This document shows positions 17,915 to 27,220 of a stretch of DNA of 47,009 nt, piece by piece. Origin of the DNA: Candidatus Sumerlaeales bacterium (GTDB lineage: Bacteria > Sumerlaeota > Sumerlaeia > Sumerlaeales > Sumerlaeaceae). Location of the stretch: contig JBBSQY010000024.1 in assembly GCA_038243585.1 (NCBI GenBank), positions 1 to 47,009 on the forward strand, in the 5' to 3' direction. Position 1 is the stretch's first letter; each line of letters starts with the position of its first letter. The position numbers were made by a program, and so were the translations under genes. The notes beneath the pieces were generated by a model. That model did no database searches, was not told where the DNA came from, and saw nothing but the letters and a program-made list of their open reading frames with translations.

Positions 17915-18400
17915 ATGACTGAAATTATACTTGAGACGATAGTGCAGGCTCCTTTGGAACGGGTGTTTGATTTGGCGAGAAGCATCGATTTCCACTGCCA
18001 CTCAACCGCCGACACTCAAGAGAAGGCCATTGCAGGCGTGACGCATGGGCTTATCGGGTTAAACGAAGAGGTCACATGGCGGGCGAGACATTTCTTAGTG
18101 TGGCAGAAGCTTACGGTTTGGATAACGGAGTATGAAAGCCCCACATTTTTTCAGGACGAAATGGTTGCTGGTGCTTTTCGCTGGATACGACATGATCACT
18201 TTTTCAGCAAAACGGCCGGCGACGGAACTTTAATGAGAGATGTTTTTACTTACGCACCGCCATTAGGCGTGGCCGGACGCATGGCGGACGAACTTGTTTT
18301 AAAGCGCTGTTTCCGGCGGTTTCTGTTGGCTCGTAACGACAAGCTAAAAACAGCGGCGGAGACAGACATCTGGAAAAAGCTTCTGCCACAATCCACGTGA
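17915..18400 (+). CDS. SRPBCC family protein
   Basis: LET.V.AP.ERVFDL.RSID.H, V.WRARH, P.FFQDEMV.GAF...HDH.F, M.D...Y.PPLG..G. Confidence 0.88.
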   Translation: MTEIILETIVQAPLERVFDLARSIDFHCHSTADTQEKAIAGVTHGLIGLNEEVTWRARHFLVWQKLTVWITEYESPTFFQDEMVAGAFRWIRHDHFFSKTAGDGTLMRDVFTYAPPLGVAGRMADELVLKRCFRRFLLARNDKLKTAAETDIWKKLLPQST

Positions 18401-18569
18401 CGATACCCTGTGGAAATCATTCCCGCTCCGTACGACATTGAGCGCATTTCAATAGCCAAGGCTGTGGCGGGCCTCGCGGCAATGGATTCCGGCGTGAGTA
18501 TTTTTTATCCTGGAACTCAGAAAGAACCTGTGGAATACGTCGCCGCCGTGATTGTGCTGATGGACAGCG

Positions 18570-19064
18570 ATGACAAGACATGCCCGAAAACGGCAGATGA
18601 TTTCCATTATGTTTCTTGCTGTTATGGCGGTTAACTTTGGAGCGGAAGGATTTTCCCTCTACTCCGCCCATGGCTTCGCCTTGTTTGAATCTGCAAAATC
18701 GCGTCTCTGTTCCGTGCCGGACGGCCCCGCCTCCTGTTGTGCAGAAAAACCGGCCACCGCCTGTGGTTGCCCGTGTTGTGGTGACAGTTGCCCCATGGGC
18801 GATGCCTGCACCTGCGGCGACGACGGCAAGTCCAAAGCGTTTGCCGGAGGGTTGTTTTTCCAGATGCCGGGTTGTCATCCCGACCAGGCAGCGCATAACT
18901 CTTCTTATCTTCCATTGTCTATGAGACTGGTTTTTCTAGAGGCGACGAAGCTCCCTCCAGGAATGGATTTTCCTCAGCCGCACATCATCGATTCGCGTGC
19001 GGGCCGGCCTGGTGTCCTATTACCGCCGCCGCCTGTTCCCCCTCCGAGGTACGCTACCGCCTAA
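18570..19064 (+). CDS. Small exported Cys-rich protein with C-terminal poly-proline motif (DUF2946/CutF/CruR-like architecture)
   Basis: Basic then hydrophobic N-terminus; CC..CGCPCCGDSCPMGDACTC cluster; ends LLPPPPVPPPRYATA. Confidence 0.65.
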   Translation: MTRHARKRQMISIMFLAVMAVNFGAEGFSLYSAHGFALFESAKSRLCSVPDGPASCCAEKPATACGCPCCGDSCPMGDACTCGDDGKSKAFAGGLFFQMPGCHPDQAAHNSSYLPLSMRLVFLEATKLPPGMDFPQPHIIDSRAGRPGVLLPPPPVPPPRYATA

Positions 19065-19151
19065 GAGCGGCCTTCCCCAGCGTAACCTTGACCGGATGCC
19101 TCTTAAGCAGGGGTCCGGCTACCAATCTCATACAATTCAGGAGTAACACAG

Positions 19152-20039
19152 ATGCCTCACGCCCAAAATCGGGTATTGCGGCGGATGATTGTGCCTGCCC
19201 TTGCGGTAGCATTCGCTTGCGCGGGCACGTCCGCCCACGCCCATTTACACTGGAGCCGCGTAAACACCGTGGATTCCGATACCATCGCCCTTTACCACTT
19301 CGACGACGCCACAACTGTGGCCGCGCCACCCTCATTGCCTCTTCCGCTCGGACTTGGTTTAACATCAATCGCCGCGGGCATACCACTGTCACCGACGACC
19401 GACACCCCCGGTGCCATTTTCACCCCCCAGGCGCTTGCCCTGCCGACTGCTCAGACCCTCCGCAGCACTGATACCATATCCCAGCTTGCGGGCGATCTTA
19501 CCATAGAATGCTGGTTTAAATGGACACCAGAAATGACATCCTCCACGCTGGAAATCGGGCTGCAATCCGGGGCGCGGCTCGTCGTAGCTCGGGATGAGGT
19601 AACCCCGGCCAACGACCGCTTCGGTATCGCGGGCACCCATGGTTCTTATCTTTCCGCGCCCGGGTTCACCAGTTGGGTCGATGTCGGATACGAGGAGGCA
19701 TCGCTGAACGAATGGCGCCACCTGGCACTAACCATTCACTCCACAGGGATCCATTACAACCCCGCGTCGTCCCATGATGTATACTCGACAGGCACAGTGG
19801 GGCGTCTCTATCTGAACGGTCATCCCACCGGCTCTTTCCCCCATTCGTTTGACCTTGCGGGGCTAAACGTCCACGATGCTTCGCGCGTAACGGTGGTCAT
19901 GCGCGGCGGGGAAATGGTTATTGATGAGCTGGCGGTCTGGCGGCGGGATTGGTCGGCCAACGGTGTCAATACTAACCCTTTCGCGAACGGCCGCGGTGTG
20001 GAATCCAGCGTGACCGGGTGGCTTGATTACCGTGAGTAA
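19152..20039 (+). CDS. Exported LamG/concanavalin-like jelly-roll protein with terminal VxGWxxY motif
   Basis: SD AGGAG; signal ending AHA; DTIALYHFDD, LTIECWFK, EWRHLALT, RLYLNG, IDELAVW; ends SSVTGWLDYRE. Confidence 0.8.
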   Translation: MPHAQNRVLRRMIVPALAVAFACAGTSAHAHLHWSRVNTVDSDTIALYHFDDATTVAAPPSLPLPLGLGLTSIAAGIPLSPTTDTPGAIFTPQALALPTAQTLRSTDTISQLAGDLTIECWFKWTPEMTSSTLEIGLQSGARLVVARDEVTPANDRFGIAGTHGSYLSAPGFTSWVDVGYEEASLNEWRHLALTIHSTGIHYNPASSHDVYSTGTVGRLYLNGHPTGSFPHSFDLAGLNVHDASRVTVVMRGGEMVIDELAVWRRDWSANGVNTNPFANGRGVESSVTGWLDYRE

Positions 20040-20070
20040 TCTCGGACGCAACAGAACGGAGGGCCGGGCG

Positions 20071-20649
20071 GTGTTGCCCGGCCCCCTTTTTCGAGCGTTT
20101 ACTTTAATCGAGCTGTTGGTGGTGGTGTTGATTCTGGCGTTGCTGGCGGCGATTGCAGTGCCGAACTTTCTGCTGGCGGGAACACGAGCGCGCGTTTCAC
20201 GAGCCACCGCGGATCAGCGGGCGCTCGCCACCGCTCTGGAGTCATACGCAATCGACGCCAGCGGCCGCTATCCCGCATATGGCAATCCGCGCGACCGCGC
20301 TCTATTTGCCGGAGAGCCCATAGTGTTTGTGCCGACGCGCCTTACAACTCCGGTGGCCTACATTAAACAGTTGCCTCCCGACATTTTCCCCGGTGTCAGA
20401 TCCGGCATCGCTAACGATTATCAGGACACGTACTTTTTCATGAACGACTACGCCTGTGTCTACCTCGGAAAGACCCAACCGCAGGGTCACGTGCAGGAGC
20501 ATTACCATTCGCTGACAGGAGGCACGCGAGCCGCGCACTGGACAATCTGGAGCTATGGCCCGGATTTGAAAGACAACCACGGCACCATAATGTACGACCC
20601 CACAAACGGAACAGTTTCAAAAGGAGACCTGATGCGCTTTGGGCCGTAG
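20071..20649 (+). CDS. Prepilin-type N-terminal methylation protein (type II secretion pseudopilin, GspG-like)
   Basis: RA|FTLIELLVVVLILALLAAIAVPNF, ALESY.ID, RLTTPVAY, WSYGPD, YDPTNGTVSKGD; GTG 20071 has SD GGAGG (ORF open from 20023). Confidence 0.88.
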   Translation: MLPGPLFRAFTLIELLVVVLILALLAAIAVPNFLLAGTRARVSRATADQRALATALESYAIDASGRYPAYGNPRDRALFAGEPIVFVPTRLTTPVAYIKQLPPDIFPGVRSGIANDYQDTYFFMNDYACVYLGKTQPQGHVQEHYHSLTGGTRAAHWTIWSYGPDLKDNHGTIMYDPTNGTVSKGDLMRFGP

Positions 20650-20654
20650 ATTCA

Positions 20655-20736
20655 TGACGCAAAGCAGATTAAGATGCTTTCTGTTTTTGCTTTTCTTGCT
20701 TTTGCTGTTCTTCGCGTCCTTTCCGTCTTTGCGTCA
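20655..20736. repeat. Small palindromic repeat element or hairpin
   Basis: TGACGCAAAG ... CTTTGCGTCA 10-bp inverted repeat; right arm made of three tandem CTTyGCGT-like units. Confidence 0.45.
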
Positions 20737-20808
20737 AAATTTTTGTGCGCGAATCCCCGCCCCCGTTTTGCGTAGTTGCCACACATAATACCAGCATTGA
20801 GGATAACA

Positions 20809-22665
20809 ATGGGTTCGCTATCGGGTGAGAAACGCACCTGCTACTGTGGCGAGGTGCGCGCATCTCACATTGGGCAGGAAGTTGTATTAAAGGGTTGGGT
20901 GCATCGGCGCCGCGACCACGGCGGCGTAATATTTGTGGATCTACGCGATCGCACCGGCCTTTGCCAGGTTGTGCTCAGCCCGGAAAATTTCCCAGCGGAA
21001 GAATTCGAAAAGGCCCACGACCTGCGCGACGAATTCGTAGTGGCGGTGCGCGGCACCGTTCGCAACCGGCCCGAAGGCACGCTCAACCCCAACCTGGCCA
21101 CCGGCGAAATCGAACTCAATACTTTACAGTTCGAGATCCTGAACACCTGCCGCCCTCTGCCGTTCCGACTGGATGAATACAGCAACGTAAACGAAGACGC
21201 GCGCCTGAAACATAGATTCCTCGATCTGCGCCGTCCCGAGATGCAGAAGAATTTCATGATGCGTCACCAGCTGAACCAGATCACACGCCGCTTCCTCAGC
21301 GACAACGGTTTCCTGGAATTCGCCACGCCGATCCTGACTAAAAGCACTCCAGAAGGCGCGCGGGATTTCCTCGTGCCGTCCCGCCACACGCCAGGGGCAT
21401 TCTTCGCCCTGCCCCAGTCGCCCCAGCTTTTCAAGCAGCTCCTTATGGTGGCCGGCTACGACCGGTATTTCCAGATTGCCACCTGTTTCCGCGATGAAGA
21501 TCTGCGGGCGAACCGCCAGCCGGAGTTCACCCAGATCGATATCGAGATGAGCTTCATCACGGCGGAAGAAATTTATGAACTGATGGAAGGCCTGATCGCA
21601 TCCGTTTGGAAAGAGTGCCGCGGTATCGACGTGCCCACGCCTTTCGAGCGCATCGGATATGCAGACGCCATGATGAAATATGGCAGCGACAAGCCCGACC
21701 TACGTTTTGACCTGTCGATCACAGATATGACAGAGTTCTTCAGCGCGACCGACATCAAAGTGTTTGCGGCCACCGCCGCTAATCGTGGCGTTATACGCGC
21801 CATGCGAGTGCCCGGCGGTGCGGCCTTCAGCCGGAAGCAGTTGGATGACTATACGACTTTCGCAGGCATCTACGGCGCGAAGGGCCTGGCGTGGTTCAAG
21901 CTGAATGAGGGCGGCGAGATGCAAAGCCCGCTCGCGAAATTCCTGGACGCTGACAAGCAGGCAGCTCTAATTTCTGCAGTTGGCGGCGAGACAGGCGACA
22001 TTATTTTCGTAGTCGCAGACCGCGAAAAGGTTGTTTGTGATGCCCTTGGACAGCTCCGTCTTAAGCTCGCGGCAGACCTTGGCATAATCAAAGACGACAC
22101 CTATAAGTTCGCCTGGGTGGTAGACTTCCCCCTGTTCGAGTATGCAGAACGGGACAAGGTTTTCACTCCGTCGCATCATCCGTTTACCATGCCTATGCCG
22201 GAAGACGTTCATTTTCTGGACGAGTACAATGCCGATCCAGCCAAACACGACGCAGGCCACATGCAGGATAATCCCCTGCGCGGCGTTCGTGCCCTCGCCT
22301 ACGATCTCGCCTGCAACGGCGAAGAGCTTGGCGGCGGTTCCATTCGTATCCATACGAAGGATGTTCAGGATAAGGTGTTCCAGACCATCGGCATTTCCGG
22401 CGAAGAAGCCCGGGAGAAATTCGGTTTCCTACTGGACGCCCTGTCTTACGGTGCCCCGCCCCACGGCGGCCTCGCGTTTGGTTTCGAGCGCATGCTGATG
22501 CTTCTTCTCAACGAGAAGAGCATCCGAGAAGTCATCGCGTTTCCCAAAACCCAAAGCGGTGCCGATCTTATGGTCGATGCCCCAAGCGCCGTTGATGACG
22601 AGCAATTAAAGGAGCTCAACGTCAAAGCGGTCATTCCGGTGCCGGTGGCGGTACCGGAGGCTTAG
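20809..22665 (+). CDS. aspS: Aspartate-tRNA ligase, probably non-discriminating Asp/Asn type
   Basis: GWVHRRRDHGG, STPEGARDFLVPSR, LPQSPQLFKQ, RQPEFTQ.D.E, GGGSIRIH, GAPPHGG, FPKT. Confidence 0.97.
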   Translation: MGSLSGEKRTCYCGEVRASHIGQEVVLKGWVHRRRDHGGVIFVDLRDRTGLCQVVLSPENFPAEEFEKAHDLRDEFVVAVRGTVRNRPEGTLNPNLATGEIELNTLQFEILNTCRPLPFRLDEYSNVNEDARLKHRFLDLRRPEMQKNFMMRHQLNQITRRFLSDNGFLEFATPILTKSTPEGARDFLVPSRHTPGAFFALPQSPQLFKQLLMVAGYDRYFQIATCFRDEDLRANRQPEFTQIDIEMSFITAEEIYELMEGLIASVWKECRGIDVPTPFERIGYADAMMKYGSDKPDLRFDLSITDMTEFFSATDIKVFAATAANRGVIRAMRVPGGAAFSRKQLDDYTTFAGIYGAKGLAWFKLNEGGEMQSPLAKFLDADKQAALISAVGGETGDIIFVVADREKVVCDALGQLRLKLAADLGIIKDDTYKFAWVVDFPLFEYAERDKVFTPSHHPFTMPMPEDVHFLDEYNADPAKHDAGHMQDNPLRGVRALAYDLACNGEELGGGSIRIHTKDVQDKVFQTIGISGEEAREKFGFLLDALSYGAPPHGGLAFGFERMLMLLLNEKSIREVIAFPKTQSGADLMVDAPSAVDDEQLKELNVKAVIPVPVAVPEA

Positions 22666-22733
22666 AGGCCTGGAACCGGAAGAAGCAAAATATCTATCCT
22701 GTGATCTTCAACGATTAGGCGCTCCCAGGCGAT

Positions 22734-23840
22734 TTACCCAATAAACATGGCGTCGCCGTAGCTGTAAAAACGATAGCTTTCGGCGATGGCCTCCCCGTAA
22801 GCTGCCATGATATGCTCGTGCCCCGCAAAGGCGCTGATCATCATGAGCAGCGTGCTGCGCGGCAAATGGAAATTAGTAACCATGGCATCCACCACTTTGA
22901 ATTCGTAGCCCGGCAGGATCAGGATATTGGTAGCCTTGCGTCCTTCGGCAAATGTGTCCACCTCGGCGTCCCATGCGGATTCCAGGGTACGGACGGTGGT
23001 CGTACCCACGGCGATAATGCGTCCGCCCGCGGCGCGGGTTTCGGCTATGGCGCGCGCCGTCTCCGCCGGCACTTCATAAAATTCCGTGTGCATGGGATGA
23101 GCAGCGGGATCCTCGACTTCGACCGGCTTAAAAGTTCCTGCGCCAACGTGCAGTGTAACCCAGGCGAGCCGCGCCCCCGTTGCCGCGATTTGCTCCAGAA
23201 GCTCCTCAGTAAAATGCAGTCCGGCCGTGGGTGCTGCTATGCTGCCAAAGTCGCGGGCATAAACCGTTTGATAGCGGACAGCATCGTCGTTTAGAGGATT
23301 AGTTGTGCCTTCCCCATCCGGCAAACCATCTTCCTTACGCCGTTGAACAATATACGGCGGCAGCGGAATCTCGCCGCATTGCTCCAGAAGCGGCAAAATA
23401 TCGGCATGGAGAAACTCCAGCGTGCGTGTTCCGTCAGATCCCTCAGCCACGACACGGGCCCTAAGCCGACCCCCTGCAAAATCAATGGTCTCACCAATAC
23501 GAAACTTCTTGGCGGGACGGCAAAATGCGGTCCAGGAGGATGTTCCGGTTATCCTATCAGTTTTCTCCTCCGCGACTGTTAATGGCTGGAGCAGGAGCGC
23601 TTCCACAGCAGCACCAGTATCACAACGCACCCCTCGCAGACGCGCCTTGATCACCCGGCTGTTGTTCATCACCAGCAGATCTCCGGGGCGAAGACAACCC
23701 GTCAAATCGCTAAAGCGGCGATGCCTGATTTCTCCTGATTCGCGATTCAGAACCAACAGGCGAGAGCCATCCCGACGGGGAGCAGGATGGGTGGCAATCA
23801 GACCCCGGGGTAGGTCATATTCAAAGTCAGAAGTAAGCAT
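22734..23840 (-). CDS. queA: S-adenosylmethionine:tRNA ribosyltransferase-isomerase
   Basis: DFEYDLP..LIA, PLPPYI, YQTVYA, AAPTAGLHFT, HVGAGTF, AVGTT, TNFHLP.STL, YRFYSYGDAM. Confidence 0.96.
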   Translation of the reverse strand: MLTSDFEYDLPRGLIATHPAPRRDGSRLLVLNRESGEIRHRRFSDLTGCLRPGDLLVMNNSRVIKARLRGVRCDTGAAVEALLLQPLTVAEEKTDRITGTSSWTAFCRPAKKFRIGETIDFAGGRLRARVVAEGSDGTRTLEFLHADILPLLEQCGEIPLPPYIVQRRKEDGLPDGEGTTNPLNDDAVRYQTVYARDFGSIAAPTAGLHFTEELLEQIAATGARLAWVTLHVGAGTFKPVEVEDPAAHPMHTEFYEVPAETARAIAETRAAGGRIIAVGTTTVRTLESAWDAEVDTFAEGRKATNILILPGYEFKVVDAMVTNFHLPRSTLLMMISAFAGHEHIMAAYGEAIAESYRFYSYGDAMFIG

Positions 23841-23910
23841 GGAAACTTCAAACACCATGGCCTGATTCGACTATTCGCTATTTGCGGGTCACCTCGTGGC
23901 TGGCAAAACG

Positions 23911-23949
23911 AAAAACACGGCTGCCATCAAAGATGGCAGCCGTGTTTTT
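23911..23949. terminator. Perfect 18-bp inverted repeat terminator
   Basis: AAAAACACGGCTGCCATC-aaa-GATGGCAGCCGTGTTTTT. Confidence 0.85.
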
Positions 23950-23972
23950 AAAACCAGCTTTATCGTTTTAGA

Positions 23973-24227
23973 TTACTGGGCAGGAACCGGAGTGGCGTTG
24001 CTTTCCGGCGGCATATTTACATCAACTGTTGGGACAGTAATGGTCTTTGACGTGGTACCCACATCTATGTCCGCTGCGTTGACTTCATACTTTGGCAACT
24101 GTGTTTCGCCCTCAGTGGTAATATCAACGTCCGGAATGTTGCCTTCCTGAGTTTTATCTACAGTACAACCTGCAAATACAAACATGGAAGCCGCAGCTAC
24201 AGTAACTAGTAAAGTGTTAAACTTCAT
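23973..24227 (-). CDS. Small acidic lipoprotein
   Basis: Lipobox FAG|C; CTVDKTQEG..PDVD...QLPKYEV..ADIDVGT...VPTVDV.MP. Confidence 0.8.
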   Translation of the reverse strand: MKFNTLLVTVAAASMFVFAGCTVDKTQEGNIPDVDITTEGETQLPKYEVNAADIDVGTTSKTITVPTVDVNMPPESNATPVPAQ

Positions 24228-24285
24228 AACCAAACCCCTTCTATAGTGGTAATTTGTTAATTTGTCATACGCTGGTAAGCACTAA

Positions 24286-24301
24286 AGCGAGAGATGTGCC
24301 A
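24286..24301 (-). promoter_or_regulatory. Sigma54-type -24/-12 promoter of the small lipoprotein gene
   Basis: Minus strand TGGCACATCTCTCGCT (GG-N10-GC). Confidence 0.55.
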
Positions 24302-24530
24302 TATTTAGAAGCGATAGATAAAACCGTTGCATATTTTAAAGTCGCCGATGGAGAGGCGTCATCGATAGGCCGGAACAGGTTTCGAGACCGGAATATTTCT
24401 TTATGCCTCGTCCGCATGCTGAGATTGTAATAATTACGGTCTAGGTTCGAGAGCTACTCGCAATGCAGAATAGGTAGGCCTGTAGGCGGCCTTCGTCTGT
24501 CACTACGGGACAATCCTGATTTACGAAAAC

Positions 24531-24563
24531 GCAAAGGGCCCGGGCGTATCCACCCAGGCCCTT
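24531..24563 (-). terminator. Probable terminator of the DUF11 gene
   Basis: AAGGGCC.GGG/CCC.GGCCCTT hairpin just past the stop codon. Confidence 0.6.
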
Positions 24564-24586
24564 CTCAAGTATACTGTCTAAAGTGG

Positions 24587-27220
24587 TTAAAAAGCCACAG
24601 CGTTGTTGTTAGCCTCATTACATTCCGGCACGTTGTTGTCACCGTCGGCCACCGCGATCAGATAGCGACCAGTTGGGTTGATGCCGCTATCCAGCTTCAT
24701 TTTGAAGTTCACTTTCTTGGCTTTTTTGTTATTCTTTCCGGGGCACTTGGCTTTCATGGATTTCACGCCGAGCAGCAAGTCGGAGGAATCTACTGTCAGA
24801 TCATCCGATAGATAAAGCTTAACCACCGTACGCGGAGCGCACTCCGTGCCCAAATTGGTCACTCCGACCTTCGCCTGAACCTTGAATTGCCATTCGCCGG
24901 TCTTCTTTTTAACCTTCCCTTTACTGCGGATTTTCAGCATTTGGGCAGCCAGATCAACTGGGTCTGTGCATGGGATATTGGGAATTGGCGGCACTACGGT
25001 AGGAGGATTGGCTACCGGAGGTTCTTCGACTGGCGGCACAACCACTGGCGGTGTTTCCACGACCAATGTCATCTTTTCCGAATAGTTGTTGGCAACATCT
25101 GGATCAAACATATCAGATGATCCTGCTGAATAGCTGGAAAACTGGCCAACCTGCGTCGGTGTAACATTGACCGTCATAGTCACAGCCTCGCCAACCGCCA
25201 GCGGCACATTTGATACGCTGGCATATTTGTTGACCAAAACAGGAACGCCCTTGTTTGAGGTAATGGAATTGATTGACACTCCCCCTGGAATCAGGGACCC
25301 AAGAAAAGTCCCGTTGGTTGGGTTCGGCCCCATGTTAAGCGCCGTTACGGAAATGGAGACAGGCTGATTGAGGACGGCTGCCTGAGCGGAGCCGGTCTGT
25401 GTAACCAGAATATCCGATTCAGGACCGCCTGCCACGCTAATTGGTGTCGATACCGTGGCACTATTGTTGTCCGTATTCGATTCGAAGAGTTCATGTCTTA
25501 CCACAATGCTGTTGTTGATGTTTCCCAGTTCATCACCCACGGCGTTCGGCGAAACGCTATAAACCAAAACAAGATTGGCCGTATCTCCTGCTGCCAGATA
25601 GGGCAATGATGCCATCAGACCTTGATTGTTAAAATTCAGGCTCCATTGTCCTTCATCTTGGATGCTGTAGAATTCCACGTCACCATCTTCAATCACCAAG
25701 GGTCCCATCGGCCCGTTTAATCCCCATTGCGGATATGTAAGCTTAGCCCAAACATTGCTGAGTGTAATTGTGCTAGGCATATCATCTGGGCCGACATTTG
25801 TTATTGCCATATTATAAACCAGCAGTCCGCTCGGCTGCGCCGTAGCCGCAGACGCCGTAATGTTTGCCTGCAGATCAAAGACCGGAGGTTCGCCTGTGGT
25901 GTTCAGCGTTATCGGTTCAGTGCTATTGTTACTATAGTTTGGATCGATAGATTTGGCCGAGTCAAAGCCGATATTAGCCCACGCCGTGACTTGACCAAAA
26001 TGCTTAATCCTGAACACAAGAGTCATCGTTTCCGTTTGCCCCGGATTTAACACAGGAACACGAAATCTTGCCCCGGAATCAACCAATGAGCCACCAAGAT
26101 ATAACTCAACAGGGTCTGCCGTGGACTCAGTCGAGATATAATCAACGTTCCGATTAAACATCATGCCTGAAAAACTACAACGGACATCATAAGCAGGATC
26201 AGGTCCATTGTTAGTAACTGCTACGCGAACTACCGCGTTTTCCCCAAAAGGGATCTCAGTGCGGTCAGCCGAAATGTTAAAGCTCACGTCGGCAAGTCCC
26301 TGCTGCTCACCATCCTTTACATTAATGGCACTATAGGTCAATATTTCCGGTCGGTCCGGAATGCTCTGCTGAGCTGTTGACACCGTTTCCATTCCATACC
26401 ATCCGGCAGTAAGCAGGGTATAGGTAAATCTAAACACGATTGAGGATCCCGGAGCCATAGACTGAATTGTATAGTCAATTCCGGCGCTCTGCACACCTGA
26501 AACTGCTCCAGTCGCTACGATGTCAGTTCGCAGGTTTGTTGCAATCCCTTCAGCGAAGAGATAGTTATCTAATGTAATGGAAGTTAACTCTGCCGGTCCA
26601 GTATTTTTGAAAGTAACCTCATATATCACGTCATTGTTGACATAAGTTTCATTGCCAGAAGAAGGCTCGAAGCCGGGGAATATTGTGAATGCCGTTGATG
26701 AAACATCCCATAAAGCAACTCCTGGCCGAAGTGGTTGGCGACCTGCGATTATGTGAGCGTCGTCAGTATTATTGGCAGGATTAGAATCGGCGGTAACGTT
26801 TGACTCGATGTAAGCGTAAAAACCGGGGGACGCTTCTGCGCGAGTCAGTAGCGTTACAGTCATTGTAACCGATTCTCCCGAAGCCATAACTGGTAGTTCA
26901 ATGGTTTCCAATATGATGTCAGCAAAACCTGACATCCGTACGATTGTTCCGGTGCTGGAGGTGGCAGAGACAAATTTGTACTCGTCGAGATTCCACCACT
27001 CAAAGATCAACCGAACATCAACAGCAGCATCAGGTCCGTTGTTTGTAAATGTCGACGTAAGAACAACCTCAGACCCAACTTCAACTTGGGATTCCTTAGG
27101 TGAAATGGTTACAGACATGTCAGCGGATGCCGCGGACGGCTGCGCAGCTGTAGTAAATGGCATTATTATAACCATGAATGCCATAATGCTCAACACATAC
27201 GTTCGAAGTCGAAGCAACAT
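24587..27220 (-). CDS. Exported DUF11-repeat (Ig-like) surface protein with Pro-rich linker and basic CARDB-like C-terminal domain
   Basis: Repeated AD.S.T...TNNGPD.A...DPN..NN modules; final LYLS.D...YLIAVADGDNNVPECNEANN. ORF is open to 27385; the signal peptide fits a start at 27220. Confidence 0.82.
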   Translation of the reverse strand: MLLRLRTYVLSIMAFMVIIMPFTTAAQPSAASADMSVTISPKESQVEVGSEVVLTSTFTNNGPDAAVDVRLIFEWWNLDEYKFVSATSSTGTIVRMSGFADIILETIELPVMASGESVTMTVTLLTRAEASPGFYAYIESNVTADSNPANNTDDAHIIAGRQPLRPGVALWDVSSTAFTIFPGFEPSSGNETYVNNDVIYEVTFKNTGPAELTSITLDNYLFAEGIATNLRTDIVATGAVSGVQSAGIDYTIQSMAPGSSIVFRFTYTLLTAGWYGMETVSTAQQSIPDRPEILTYSAINVKDGEQQGLADVSFNISADRTEIPFGENAVVRVAVTNNGPDPAYDVRCSFSGMMFNRNVDYISTESTADPVELYLGGSLVDSGARFRVPVLNPGQTETMTLVFRIKHFGQVTAWANIGFDSAKSIDPNYSNNSTEPITLNTTGEPPVFDLQANITASAATAQPSGLLVYNMAITNVGPDDMPSTITLSNVWAKLTYPQWGLNGPMGPLVIEDGDVEFYSIQDEGQWSLNFNNQGLMASLPYLAAGDTANLVLVYSVSPNAVGDELGNINNSIVVRHELFESNTDNNSATVSTPISVAGGPESDILVTQTGSAQAAVLNQPVSISVTALNMGPNPTNGTFLGSLIPGGVSINSITSNKGVPVLVNKYASVSNVPLAVGEAVTMTVNVTPTQVGQFSSYSAGSSDMFDPDVANNYSEKMTLVVETPPVVVPPVEEPPVANPPTVVPPIPNIPCTDPVDLAAQMLKIRSKGKVKKKTGEWQFKVQAKVGVTNLGTECAPRTVVKLYLSDDLTVDSSDLLLGVKSMKAKCPGKNNKKAKKVNFKMKLDSGINPTGRYLIAVADGDNNVPECNEANNNAVAF

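Noticed and set aside
18410..18634. 74-aa ORF after the SRPBCC gene
   Set aside because: No recognisable motif or SD, and it overlaps the better-supported Cys-rich ORF.
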